This document shows positions 28,097 to 37,674 of a stretch of 64,000 bases of DNA, one piece after another. Location of the stretch: NCBI GenBank assembly GCA_965552055.1, contig CBEVQO010000003.1:32001-96000 (forward strand), in the 5' to 3' direction. The notes under the pieces were generated by a model that ran no database searches, was not told the origin of the DNA, and saw only the letters and a list, made by a program, of their open reading frames with translations. Both the position numbers and the translations under genes were made by a program. Positions within the stretch are counted from its first letter, which is position 1. Each line of letters begins with the position of its first letter. Source of the DNA: an uncultured bacterium. GTDB taxonomy: Bacteria > Hydrothermota > UBA3073 > NMUJ01 > CBEVQO01.

Positions 28097-29716
28097 GTGG
28101 GGGAGAAGTTAATTATAATAGGGCTTGATGGAGCCACTTTTAGGATAATTAATCCTTTACTTACGAAAAATTTTTTACCTAATTTCAAATATTTAATAGA
28201 AAATGGTGTTGCCTTTCCATTATTAAGTACAATACCTTATGCCACTATTCCTGCCTGGCCTTCCTTTATGACGGGTGCGAATCCTGGCAAACATGGTGTA
28301 TTTGATTTTTTTAAAAAGGAAAATGGAGTAAAAAGAATAGTGAGAAGCACAGATATTGCTATGGAAACTTTGTGGGAGATTTTAAGTAGATATGGTAAGC
28401 GGAGTATAATTGTAAATGTGCCCTGCACTTTTCCACCATTAGAAATTGAAGGCATAATGATAAGCGGTATGCTTACCCCTAGTGGAGCACAATTTTGTTA
28501 TCCTTCTGATATTCAAGATACAATAAATGAGATATCCGGGGGCTATCGTATAAACGAACGGGCAGATTTAAAGGGAGAAAAATTGTTGATGGATGTTTAC
28601 GATGTCAGCGAGAGGCAGATTAAAACTTTTTCAACCCTGTTAAAGCGTGAGAAATGGGATTTTGCAATGCTGATGCTCCGTGGTACAGATGTTTTATCGC
28701 ATTTCTTCTGGAAGGAGAGTAATAAAATAGGTGAGTTTTATAGGTATGTTGATGAATTTATAGGGAAGATAATTACCGATTTTCCCGATGCGACCATTTT
28801 TATAATATCTGACCATGGCTTTCAGGAGCAAAAATATGATTTTCATATAAATAAATGGTTGATGGAAAAGGGATGGCTTGCATTTAAGGATAAGCTCGAT
28901 GAATCACGAATGAGAGAAATAATAAAGTTAGATGGAAGAGAAGCACTATTGGGAGGAAATATTTTTAAGATTTTTATTTATAAATTGTGGAATTTGTTGC
29001 CCGTGGATATGAAAAATAATTTAAAATATTTTTACAGATTTTGGGCAAAATTACCTTTAAGTATTAGAAAGAGATTTTATGTGCATACAAATATTGAGAT
29101 AGACAGAAGTAAATCAAAAGTATCGGCTATTCAGGACTTTACACTTGAAACGAAGGCGATAAAGATACTGGTCGATGATCGAGGAGAATATAAGAAAATA
29201 AGGGATAAATTAATCTCCGAGTTAAGCGAGATAAAAAATCCGGAGAATGGTGAGAGGATAGTTAAAAAGGTATATCTAAAAGAGGAGATATATGAAGGTC
29301 CTTTTATAAATGATGCACCTGACATTATATTGGAATTAGCGGAAGGTTATGGTTTAACGAACAAGATTTTTGATTCTTCAATAGTAACAAAGCGTGCAGA
29401 GATAAGGGGCTGTCATCATCGGGAAGGGATATTTATTTGCTATGGTAAAGATATTACAAAAATGGGTTATACTTTTCAAAGGGCTTTTTTATGGGATATA
29501 ATGCCGACAGTTCTTCATTATTTTGATATACCTATACCTGCTGATGTTGATGGCAAACCGATAATTGAGATTTTTAAAAAAGATTCAAAATTTTATCGTT
29601 CACCCTCATTTACCGAGAGTCAAAAACCTTTGCGTTTGATGAAAAAGGTAAATGAAATTACAGGAAAAGGAGAAAAAGAAATAAGGGAGAGATTAGAAAA
29701 TTTAGGCTATCTATAA
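28097..29716 (+). CDS. Alkaline phosphatase superfamily phosphodiesterase/nucleotide pyrophosphatase-like protein
   Basis: IGLDGA, STIPYATIPAWPSFMTG.NPGKHG, ISDHGF motifs; C-terminal RLENLGYL. Confidence 0.85.
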   Translation: MGEKLIIIGLDGATFRIINPLLTKNFLPNFKYLIENGVAFPLLSTIPYATIPAWPSFMTGANPGKHGVFDFFKKENGVKRIVRSTDIAMETLWEILSRYGKRSIIVNVPCTFPPLEIEGIMISGMLTPSGAQFCYPSDIQDTINEISGGYRINERADLKGEKLLMDVYDVSERQIKTFSTLLKREKWDFAMLMLRGTDVLSHFFWKESNKIGEFYRYVDEFIGKIITDFPDATIFIISDHGFQEQKYDFHINKWLMEKGWLAFKDKLDESRMREIIKLDGREALLGGNIFKIFIYKLWNLLPVDMKNNLKYFYRFWAKLPLSIRKRFYVHTNIEIDRSKSKVSAIQDFTLETKAIKILVDDRGEYKKIRDKLISELSEIKNPENGERIVKKVYLKEEIYEGPFINDAPDIILELAEGYGLTNKIFDSSIVTKRAEIRGCHHREGIFICYGKDITKMGYTFQRAFLWDIMPTVLHYFDIPIPADVDGKPIIEIFKKDSKFYRSPSFTESQKPLRLMKKVNEITGKGEKEIRERLENLGYL

Positions 29717-29720
29717 ATGC

Positions 29721-29747
29721 TTGACATTTTATTTATTCCGTTATAAT
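29721..29747 (+). promoter_or_regulatory. Promoter TTGACA-N15-TATAAT
   Basis: -35 at 29721-29726, -10 at 29742-29747, ATG 29753 five nt later. Confidence 0.75.
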
Positions 29748-29752
29748 TATTG

Positions 29753-30874
29753 ATGAAGAAGATAAAGGTTCTTATTTTAACGAGCTGGTATTCTCCTTCT
29801 AATCCTGTTGCTGGGTCTTTTGTTACCGAACATGTGCTTGCAATTTCTTCATTTTGTAAGCCTGTGATAATATCCCATTGTCGTGGGAAATCTTTTAAAA
29901 AGTGGATTTATGAAGATGAGATAGAAGGTATTGAAAGATGGAGAGTCGAACCTTTAATTGATATCCCAAATTTACATTTAATACAGCTAATAGGCATATT
30001 GAAAGTTGTAATGATTAATTTAAAACGGAAGAACTTTGTTCCAGATGTAATTCATGTGCATGCATTAGGTTCAAGCTTGGAAGGTTTCATATTGAGCAAG
30101 CTGTTGAAGGTGCCCCTAATTATTACCGAACACTGGTCAGGTTTTAAACTAAAAAAATTGAATTTTTTACAACGAATAACAGTGAGGATAGTTTATAATA
30201 AGGCAGATATAATTCTACCTGTGAGTAAATGTTTAAGAGAAGCAATAAAAAGTTATGGAGTCAGGAATAATTTTGAAGTAATTCCAAATCCCGTGGATTT
30301 GCAGAAATTTTCTTTCAGAAAAAGAGGAAGGAAAAAAAGAATCAAAAGGATATTATTTGTAGGGGGACTTGTTCCCGTAAAGGGGTTTGATAATCTTTTG
30401 TATGCGATATATAAATTAAGTAAAAGGAGGAAGGATTTCGTGTTAGATGTGATAGGTAATGGTAATAGAGAAAAATACGAGGAGTTAGCGAAGAATTACG
30501 GCTGTGATAGTATTATAAGGTTTCATGGTTATCTATGCAAATCAAAAGTATCCGAGTTCATGGGTGAAAGTGATTTCCTTGTTTTGCCCAGTTTGTGTGA
30601 AACTTTTGGCTGCGTTTTAATAGAGGCAATGGCTACCGGTCTACCTGTTGTTGCAACAAATACTGGAGGAATAAAAGAAATTGTAGATGAGAAGAAAGGC
30701 TTGCTTGTAGAACCCGGAAATGTAGAAGAATTAATAAAAGCAATAGATTATATGTTGGACAACTATGATAAATATTCGTCCGAAGAGATAAGGAAATATG
30801 TGGAGGAGAGATTCAGTAGAGAAAGAGTAGGAGAGATGCTTTTTGAAATTTATAAAAAACTTCTCTCATTATGA
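29753..30874 (+). CDS. GT4 glycosyltransferase
   Basis: PSLCETFGCVLIEAMATGLPVVAT motif. Confidence 0.92.
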   Translation: MKKIKVLILTSWYSPSNPVAGSFVTEHVLAISSFCKPVIISHCRGKSFKKWIYEDEIEGIERWRVEPLIDIPNLHLIQLIGILKVVMINLKRKNFVPDVIHVHALGSSLEGFILSKLLKVPLIITEHWSGFKLKKLNFLQRITVRIVYNKADIILPVSKCLREAIKSYGVRNNFEVIPNPVDLQKFSFRKRGRKKRIKRILFVGGLVPVKGFDNLLYAIYKLSKRRKDFVLDVIGNGNREKYEELAKNYGCDSIIRFHGYLCKSKVSEFMGESDFLVLPSLCETFGCVLIEAMATGLPVVATNTGGIKEIVDEKKGLLVEPGNVEELIKAIDYMLDNYDKYSSEEIRKYVEERFSRERVGEMLFEIYKKLLSL

Positions 30875-32067
30875 AGAATATATTGATAGTTCTTGATGAC
30901 TATAGAGGGCTCTATCCTTATCTTATAAAAGGAGAAGAGCCACATTGTTTGCCTTTTGTTAAATATTTCATTGAATATCTTAAAGAAAAAGGACACAAAA
31001 TTTATATAATTTATCCTTCAACTTATGAAGGTTTTATAAAACAAGAAAAAGTGGAAATTTATTTATGGAAACGCCATAGCAATCCATTTATCTTTAGATT
31101 TCAACAATTTTTAAAGATTTATAAAATCGGGAAAAGAATTCTTGAAAAAGACCCACAGATTACACATATTTATGCTACTGGTTTCGTTTCGATGGTCTCT
31201 TCTAAATTAGCACAAAAATATAAGAAAATACATATTACCCGTATATTCGGTGTGTATAGTAAATTTAATTTCAAATTATTATACAGATTTTTGCTTTTAT
31301 GCTGGTCTTTAAAATCTCCCACCCATATGCTTGTGATAACCGATGATGGAACGAGAGGCGATGAATTTTGCAGGAAAATAAAAGCATTTCATCGAAAATT
31401 TCTATTTATTAGAAATGGGGTCGATAAATCAAAATTGCAAAAATTGATGGGTTATGATTATAAATATATCAGGGAAAAACTGGGCTTACCTTTAGATAGT
31501 TTCATTATTACGAATGTTAGTAGATTATCATCATGGAAGAGAGTTGATTTAGTGATAAAATCTTTTTATGAATTTTTGAGATTATTAAATGGGGAGAAAA
31601 AAGCACTTCTTCTAATAGTAGGATATGGGAGGCAGTTTCACTATTTGAAAAATTTATGTAAGAGATTAAAGATAGACCCATGGGTTAGGTTCACAGGTGG
31701 TATTTCTCATGAGCATGCATTAAAATATATGTATGCGAGTGATGTTTTAACGAGTTTCTATGAGTTTTCAAATGTGGGTAGTGTTTTGCTGGAGGCACTT
31801 TCGTTAGGTAAGGTTGTAGTGGCTCGTGATGAAGGTGAGACACATAAAATAATAAAAACGGGTAAAAATGGCTTTTTGGTGGGTTATCATGACGAAGAAG
31901 ATTTTACCAAGAAGGTAGGTTTGTTGTTCAAGAAGCTATATAATTCTTCAGATTTATTGAAAGAAATTGCCCATAATGCCAAAATTTGGTCAGAAGAAAA
32001 TATCTGGGATTGGAGAGAACGCATTAAGTTTGAATACGAAGAGATTCTCAAAATAAAAACGAGATGA
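30871..32067 (+). CDS. GT4 glycosyltransferase
   Basis: IRNGVD, VSRLSSWKR, LLEALSLGKVVVA motifs. Confidence 0.85.
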   Translation: MKNILIVLDDYRGLYPYLIKGEEPHCLPFVKYFIEYLKEKGHKIYIIYPSTYEGFIKQEKVEIYLWKRHSNPFIFRFQQFLKIYKIGKRILEKDPQITHIYATGFVSMVSSKLAQKYKKIHITRIFGVYSKFNFKLLYRFLLLCWSLKSPTHMLVITDDGTRGDEFCRKIKAFHRKFLFIRNGVDKSKLQKLMGYDYKYIREKLGLPLDSFIITNVSRLSSWKRVDLVIKSFYEFLRLLNGEKKALLLIVGYGRQFHYLKNLCKRLKIDPWVRFTGGISHEHALKYMYASDVLTSFYEFSNVGSVLLEALSLGKVVVARDEGETHKIIKTGKNGFLVGYHDEEDFTKKVGLLFKKLYNSSDLLKEIAHNAKIWSEENIWDWRERIKFEYEEILKIKTR

Positions 32068-33365
32068 AAGCATTGGCTTATTTTCTGTTGATTTCTTTAT
32101 GCATTGAAACTCTTCCCGTAAAAGTAATGGGTGCAAGTGTCGTTCCTTTAACTACCTTTACTTGTATGATTTTATTTCCATTTGTGTTAGTATTAAATTG
32201 CAAAAGGCATACTTTTACTCCTGTTTTTCAGAATTTATATTTGTTTTTAAATTATTCGTTATTGCAATCTTTAATAATGTTATTGTTGAGAATGAATTTT
32301 TTCTTTGAATCCTCTCAGAGTTTGTTTATTTTTCTGAGGCAATTGCTTTCTCTATTTGCTGGATTTACGGTTTATTTTGTTATGAAAGGAGTACTCGTAA
32401 ATTTGAAGGAAGAAGAGATTTTTAAAAGCATGTTGATAGGTTCTGCCTTTGCGATTTTTATTAGTTTAATAAATATCTGGTGGGGATTATCCGGTAGTGA
32501 ACTGGCTCGCTGGATAGTTATGACGGTTCGAGGAAGTATAATAGGTATGGGTCGCAATAGACCCTTGAGATGCAGTGGACTTTCGCTGGAGCCAGCCGGA
32601 TTTGGCTATTATTTAATTTCCATAACAATACCAAGCATACTCTATTTAATAAAGACAAAGAAAAAGAATATCTTTTATGTTTTTTATTTTATAATTTGCA
32701 TGATTGTATTTATTTTTACATTTAGCACTACTGCTTATTTATGTAGTTTTATTTTCTTTTTCTTGAGTTGTTTTTATCCGACTTTTAGAAGAATCGGAAT
32801 AAGTGTAATGTGGTTACTCATTTTGGCATTAGGTCTTGCATGTATTCTTATTCCAAATAATTATTTTATTAAGCAAATAAGCTTACTCTTTGCAGGAGAG
32901 TTCAATTACTCTTTTTTAACCCGCTTTTACAGTACATTTGGTCCTATAATTAGTTTTTTACAAAACAAGAATATGTTTATGGTATTTGGCTATGGGCTTG
33001 GGGGAAGTGTTTTCCATATTGAAGAAATAATACCTGTGGAGAGTGCGGTAAAAGCGATAGAATTTACTTCTCCAGCAGGCTTGCCTAACTTGAAGACTTT
33101 ATGGGGAAGAATATTGAGTGAAAATGGCATTATTGGTCTAATTTTTTATTTGCTGGTTGTGATTATGAGTATCAAATATGTGAAGCCTTCTTCTCGTGAT
33201 TTTCCTTTAGTTGAAATAATAAAAATATCCTTATTAACAGTGACATTTGCTCAGGCGCTTTCCTACGGTTCTTTTGCGACTCCTTATTTTTGGTTATGGT
33301 TAGCAATGCTTGATTCACTTTACATTAAAAAGAAAGAATTAAAAAATCGGTTGACAAAGCGATAA
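32064..33365 (+). CDS. Wzy/O-antigen ligase-like membrane protein
   Basis: About 11 TM; R.SGLSLEP, GYGLG and ENGIIG motifs; locus context. Confidence 0.7.
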   Translation: MKALAYFLLISLCIETLPVKVMGASVVPLTTFTCMILFPFVLVLNCKRHTFTPVFQNLYLFLNYSLLQSLIMLLLRMNFFFESSQSLFIFLRQLLSLFAGFTVYFVMKGVLVNLKEEEIFKSMLIGSAFAIFISLINIWWGLSGSELARWIVMTVRGSIIGMGRNRPLRCSGLSLEPAGFGYYLISITIPSILYLIKTKKKNIFYVFYFIICMIVFIFTFSTTAYLCSFIFFFLSCFYPTFRRIGISVMWLLILALGLACILIPNNYFIKQISLLFAGEFNYSFLTRFYSTFGPIISFLQNKNMFMVFGYGLGGSVFHIEEIIPVESAVKAIEFTSPAGLPNLKTLWGRILSENGIIGLIFYLLVVIMSIKYVKPSSRDFPLVEIIKISLLTVTFAQALSYGSFATPYFWLWLAMLDSLYIKKKELKNRLTKR

Positions 33366-33377
33366 AAAAATTAATAT
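33351..33377 (+). promoter_or_regulatory. Promoter TTGACA-N15-TAATAT
   Basis: -35 at 33351-33356, -10 at 33372-33377. Confidence 0.5.
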
Positions 33378-33445
33378 TTATGATGCTGAAGATTGAAAAA
33401 ATTGCGAAAATGCAAAATAGAAAGGATTAACAGAGGGATTAGAAG

Positions 33446-34108
33446 GTGAAGAATGATCTAAATAAAATTATTTCACCGGGGACATTTTTTTCCAGGATTT
33501 TTTATAGCAAGATTACTCGCTTTTTAGTGCCAATCTTAGCGAAAGCGAAGTTTACTCCGAATCAGGTTACTGTTATTAGTTTGATGCTGGGCTTATTTTC
33601 TGGTTACATTTTTACAAAAGGCACACACTTATTTTTGATTATAGGTGCAATTATTCTTCAAATATCTTACATTTTTGACTATGCCGATGGTCAATTAGCC
33701 AGATATCTTGGTAAGAGTTCATTTTTTGGTGCGTGGTTTGATTCTATAACCGATAGGATAGTTGAATTTGCCGTAATTTTTGGTTTATGTGCAGGGCATT
33801 ATTCACAGGTTCACAAAATCTATATCTGGAAACTTGGATTTGGAACTTTTGGGACTGTTTTTCTTTATAATTATGTAATGGATACTTTTATCCCTGAAAG
33901 GCTAAAGAAGAAAACAGGCAATGCAGAATATACTTTAAGTTTTTCTGAGAGATTCAAATTTGCTACTGGAAGAGATATTGTTTTACTGGTGATAACATTG
34001 GGTGCGCTATTTAATGTCATTCCTGTTGCTTTCTGGGTGCTGATTGCTGGGGTCACTTCTTACTGGATATTCAGGGTTTGTGAATTCTGGAGAAAAAGCA
34101 AGCAATGA
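33446..34108 (+). CDS. CDP-alcohol phosphotransferase family protein
   Basis: TPNQVT and D..DGQLAR......FGAWFD..TDR signature. Confidence 0.92.
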   Translation: MKNDLNKIISPGTFFSRIFYSKITRFLVPILAKAKFTPNQVTVISLMLGLFSGYIFTKGTHLFLIIGAIILQISYIFDYADGQLARYLGKSSFFGAWFDSITDRIVEFAVIFGLCAGHYSQVHKIYIWKLGFGTFGTVFLYNYVMDTFIPERLKKKTGNAEYTLSFSERFKFATGRDIVLLVITLGALFNVIPVAFWVLIAGVTSYWIFRVCEFWRKSKQ

Positions 34109-35292
34109 GGATATTGTTTTTAACTCCGAGATTCCTTTTACCGCCAGACCGCGGTGATAAAATTCGTCCACTTTATTTCGCTAAAAGTATAAAAGGTAAT
34201 AAAAGGAAATTGTATTTGATAAGTTTAGTTGATAAACAAATTGATGCTGATTTAATAAATGAATGTAAGGAAGTTTTTACCGAAATATTTTTATTTAAAC
34301 GGGAGAAATTTTTAACTCCAAGACTTTTACTTTACCCTTATCCAGTTCAGTTAGATTTTTTTAAATCAAATAAGTTATTTTCTAAAATTAAAGAAATACT
34401 CGAAGAAATATCTCCACATATAGTTTATATTTATCATTTGCGTATGGCACAATATATTTTACAAATAAAGAGGTGCAATTTTTACACTATAATGGATTTC
34501 GCAGATTGTATCACAATGTTTTTAAGCCGTATGAAAATGCATTCAAAAAACTTTTATAAAGTTTTTTTAAATTTAGAAATACCGCGGGTAAGAAGCTACG
34601 AAAAATATCTTGCAGATAAATTCGATGAAAGCTGGTTTACATCTTCCATTGATTTGAATTTTATGCAAAGATTTGCAAAAGTTAAAAATCCGCAAATCAT
34701 TCCAAATGGTGTGGATACGCAATATTTTTTTGTTTCACAAAAGGATTATAATGAAAAAAATATAATTTTCGTTGGATATATGAGTATTGAAAGTGTGCAT
34801 GCGGTTTTGTATTTTTATAATAGGATTTTCCCTTTAATAAAGAGTGAGATACCCGATGTAAAATTTTACATTGTAGGTGCCAATCCTCCTCCCTGCATTC
34901 GCAATCTTGCTTCTAAAGATGTTATTGTAACTGGATTTGTACCTGATTTGCGTCCATATTATCTTAAAGCGAGAGTTATGGTAGCGCCTTTGCATTTTGT
35001 TGTTGGAATTCAAAATAAAATATTAGAAGCTATGGCAATGAAAGTGCCTGTTGTATGCACACCTGAGGCTAACGAGGGAATATTCGCGAATGATAGCAAA
35101 GAAGTTTTTGTCGAAAAAGATGATGAAAAGTTTGCAAAAAGGGTGATTGAATTACTGAAAGATGAAGAACTTTGTAAAAAAATAGGTGAAAATGCCCGAA
35201 AATTTGTAGAAAAAAATTTTTCATGGAACAAAGTATTGGACAGAATTCAACAAATTGAAAGGAAGATAAAATGTTACAATATAAGTGCTTGA
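34105..35292 (+). CDS. GT4 glycosyltransferase
   Basis: IPNGVD, TGFVPDL, GIQNKILEAMAM motifs. Confidence 0.9.
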   Translation: MRILFLTPRFLLPPDRGDKIRPLYFAKSIKGNKRKLYLISLVDKQIDADLINECKEVFTEIFLFKREKFLTPRLLLYPYPVQLDFFKSNKLFSKIKEILEEISPHIVYIYHLRMAQYILQIKRCNFYTIMDFADCITMFLSRMKMHSKNFYKVFLNLEIPRVRSYEKYLADKFDESWFTSSIDLNFMQRFAKVKNPQIIPNGVDTQYFFVSQKDYNEKNIIFVGYMSIESVHAVLYFYNRIFPLIKSEIPDVKFYIVGANPPPCIRNLASKDVIVTGFVPDLRPYYLKARVMVAPLHFVVGIQNKILEAMAMKVPVVCTPEANEGIFANDSKEVFVEKDDEKFAKRVIELLKDEELCKKIGENARKFVEKNFSWNKVLDRIQQIERKIKCYNISA

Positions 35293-35315
35293 CAATTTTA
35301 TAATATGGATAAAAT
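35289..35315 (+). promoter_or_regulatory. Promoter TTGACA-N15-TAAAAT
   Basis: -35 at 35289-35294, -10 at 35310-35315. Confidence 0.7.
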
Positions 35316-35328
35316 GATAGGGGGTAAG

Positions 35329-36429
35329 ATGGCAAAATATAAAATTGCATGGCTACCTGGAGACGGTATCGGTAAAGATGTGCTGGATGCTGCTCGCATT
35401 GTACTTGATGCTGTGAAGTTTGATGCAGAATATATTCATGGTGATATCGGATGGGAATTCTGGAAAAATGAAGGAAATCCATTGCCCGATAGGACAATTG
35501 AAATGATGAAAAATACAGATGCTGCAATGTTTGGTGCAATTACTTCGAAACCGGAAGACGAAGCACAAAAAGAACTTGCTCCTCATCTGCAAGGGAAAGG
35601 ATTAAAATACAGGAGTCCAATTGTTAGATTAAGGCAATTATTTGACCTTTACATTTGTCTGAGACCTGCAAAAGCAATCCCGGGTAATCCCTTAAATTTT
35701 AAGGAAAACATTGACCTCATAATTTTCAGGGAAAATACGGAAGACCTTTATTTTGGTGCAGAGTTATATCCACCTTTGCCTGATGAATTTTTGAAAATTG
35801 AAGGTCTTGAGAAGATACCCAGAGATGCGGCTGTTTCTATGAAAGTGATAACTCCCAGAGGAAGCGAAAGAATAATAAGAGCTGCTTTTGAGTATGCACG
35901 CAAACATGGTAGAAAGAAAGTAACAGCAGTCCATAAAGCAAATGTTGTTCGTGCTGCCGATGGTTTATTCTTGCAAACTGCGAAAAAGATAGCAGAAGAA
36001 TACCCAGACATTGAATTTGACCACGCAAATGTTGACTCATTTTGCATGTGGGTTATAAAAAATCCAGAGAGATTCGATGTAATTGTTGCACCAAATTTAT
36101 ATGGCGATATAATTTCTGACCTTTGCACGCAAATGGTAGGAGGTCTTGGTTTCGCTGCATCCGGCAATATCGGCGATAATTATGCTGTTTTCGAACCTGT
36201 CCATGGTTCAGCTCCTAAATACGCTGGTCAATACAAGGTGAATCCAACGGCTGCGATTTTAGCAGCAAAAATGATGTTAGAATGGCTCGGAGAAATAGAA
36301 AAGGCACAAAAAATAGAAAAAGCTGTGCATGAGGTTATAAAAGAAGGTAAAGTAAGGACTTATGACCTTGGTGGTCAAAATTCAACCCTTGAGATGGCAG
36401 AAGCCATAGCAAAAAAGTGTGAAATTTAA
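35329..36429 (+). CDS. Isocitrate/isopropylmalate (beta-decarboxylating) dehydrogenase family protein
   Basis: PGDGIG, RENTEDLY, HKANV, NLYGDIISD, EPVHGSAP motifs; start MAKYK follows a G-rich SD. Confidence 0.92.
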   Translation: MAKYKIAWLPGDGIGKDVLDAARIVLDAVKFDAEYIHGDIGWEFWKNEGNPLPDRTIEMMKNTDAAMFGAITSKPEDEAQKELAPHLQGKGLKYRSPIVRLRQLFDLYICLRPAKAIPGNPLNFKENIDLIIFRENTEDLYFGAELYPPLPDEFLKIEGLEKIPRDAAVSMKVITPRGSERIIRAAFEYARKHGRKKVTAVHKANVVRAADGLFLQTAKKIAEEYPDIEFDHANVDSFCMWVIKNPERFDVIVAPNLYGDIISDLCTQMVGGLGFAASGNIGDNYAVFEPVHGSAPKYAGQYKVNPTAAILAAKMMLEWLGEIEKAQKIEKAVHEVIKEGKVRTYDLGGQNSTLEMAEAIAKKCEI

Positions 36430-36440
36430 AGGGGGGTGCA

Positions 36441-37331
36441 ATGAAAAAGTCAACATTACTTAAAAAGATGATTTATGAGAGAAAGGGTCTCGTTGTTCCT
36501 GGTGCCTATGACTGTGTTAGTGCAAAGCTAATAGAGAGAGCGGGTTTTAAAGCGCTTCAGGTGAGTGGATTTGGGCTTGCAGCTTGTTATCTTGGAAAGC
36601 CCGATGTCGGACTTTTGACATTTACGGAAATGCTGAATTTCACGAAAAACATAGTTGATGCAGTTGATATTCCTGTAATGGCAGATGGAGATACAGGTTT
36701 TGGAAATGCATTGAATGCTATGCGAACGACAGAGGAATTCATAAAAGCGGGATGTGCCGGGATGAATATTGAAGACCAGGTGTTTCCAAAAAGATGTGGA
36801 CACCTTGAAGGCAAACAGATAATTCCTATGGAAGAAATGGTATTGAAAATAGAAGCATGTGTTGAAGTTAAGAAGAAGTTAGACCCCGACTTTGTGATAA
36901 ATGCAAGGACAGATGCGATAGCAGTTGCAGGTATTGATGAGGCAATAAAAAGAGGCAACGCTTATGCGAAAGCAGGAGCAGATTTAATTTTTGTTGAAGC
37001 ACCAAGGACAAAAGAAGAGATTGAGAGAGCAGTAAAAGAAATTGATGCTCCTGTGAGTATAAATCTTTTTGATGCAGTTAAAGGTGGTAAAACTCCGCTT
37101 GTTGCAATAGAATGGCTTCGTGAGATAGGTGTTGCAAGGATTTCAATCCCTGTTGGACCTTTATTTGCAGCGATTAAAGGATTGCAGAATTATCTTGATG
37201 CGATAAAAGGAGATAGATTGGCAGAAGGAAGGACAGACCTTGTGTGCGATTTCGATTGGTTTAAAGAATTCATAGGATTTACAGAATATAGAAAATTAGA
37301 AAAGAAATTCTTACCAAAGTTCGTGGAATAG
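36441..37331 (+). CDS. ICL/PEP-mutase superfamily C-C lyase (PrpB/dimethylmalate lyase-like)
   Basis: PGAYD, DGDTGFG, IEDQVFPKRCGH, ARTDA, GADLIFVEA motifs. Confidence 0.9.
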   Translation: MKKSTLLKKMIYERKGLVVPGAYDCVSAKLIERAGFKALQVSGFGLAACYLGKPDVGLLTFTEMLNFTKNIVDAVDIPVMADGDTGFGNALNAMRTTEEFIKAGCAGMNIEDQVFPKRCGHLEGKQIIPMEEMVLKIEACVEVKKKLDPDFVINARTDAIAVAGIDEAIKRGNAYAKAGADLIFVEAPRTKEEIERAVKEIDAPVSINLFDAVKGGKTPLVAIEWLREIGVARISIPVGPLFAAIKGLQNYLDAIKGDRLAEGRTDLVCDFDWFKEFIGFTEYRKLEKKFLPKFVE

Positions 37332-37340
37332 GAGGATGAT

Positions 37341-37673
37341 ATGGTAGTGGGCTTGCCTAAAGAATTAATGGATGCACTGGGAGATAGGGGTTCGCAGGCG
37401 TTGGCAGAAGAGAATTTTGAAAGGAGATTGTCAGAAGAAATGGCAAAAGTTAATAAGAGGATAACGGAAGAAGTTGCGAAAGTTAATAAGAGGATAACAG
37501 AAGAAACAGCGAAATTGGATAAAAGGATAACAGAAGAAGTATCAAAAGTATATGTTCATATTAGCAATGTATTTTCGAGGTTATTAAGGTGGATGTTCGC
37601 TTTCTGGGCTACCACATTTGTTACACTCATTGGCTTCCTTATCGCTTTATTATCTGTTTTGAAGGGGGGATAA
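37341..37673 (+). CDS. Small coiled-coil protein with C-terminal TM anchor (DUF1640/CCDC90-like)
   Basis: FERRL.EE, 11-residue repeats, LLRWMFAFW followed by a TM segment. Confidence 0.7.
   Translation: MVVGLPKELMDALGDRGSQALAEENFERRLSEEMAKVNKRITEEVAKVNKRITEETAKLDKRITEEVSKVYVHISNVFSRLLRWMFAFWATTFVTLIGFLIALLSVLKGG
37434..37550 (+). repeat. 33-bp tandem repeat, about 3.5 copies
   Basis: Units start at 37434, 37467, 37500 and 37533 and encode EExAKxxKRIT. Confidence 0.85.
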
Positions 37674-37674
37674 G

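Noticed and set aside
33380..33430. 15-16 codon ORF in frame with the CDP-alcohol transferase as a readthrough or pseudogene extension
   Set aside because: Two in-frame stops (TAA, TAG) separate it from GTG 33446; no evidence of recoding
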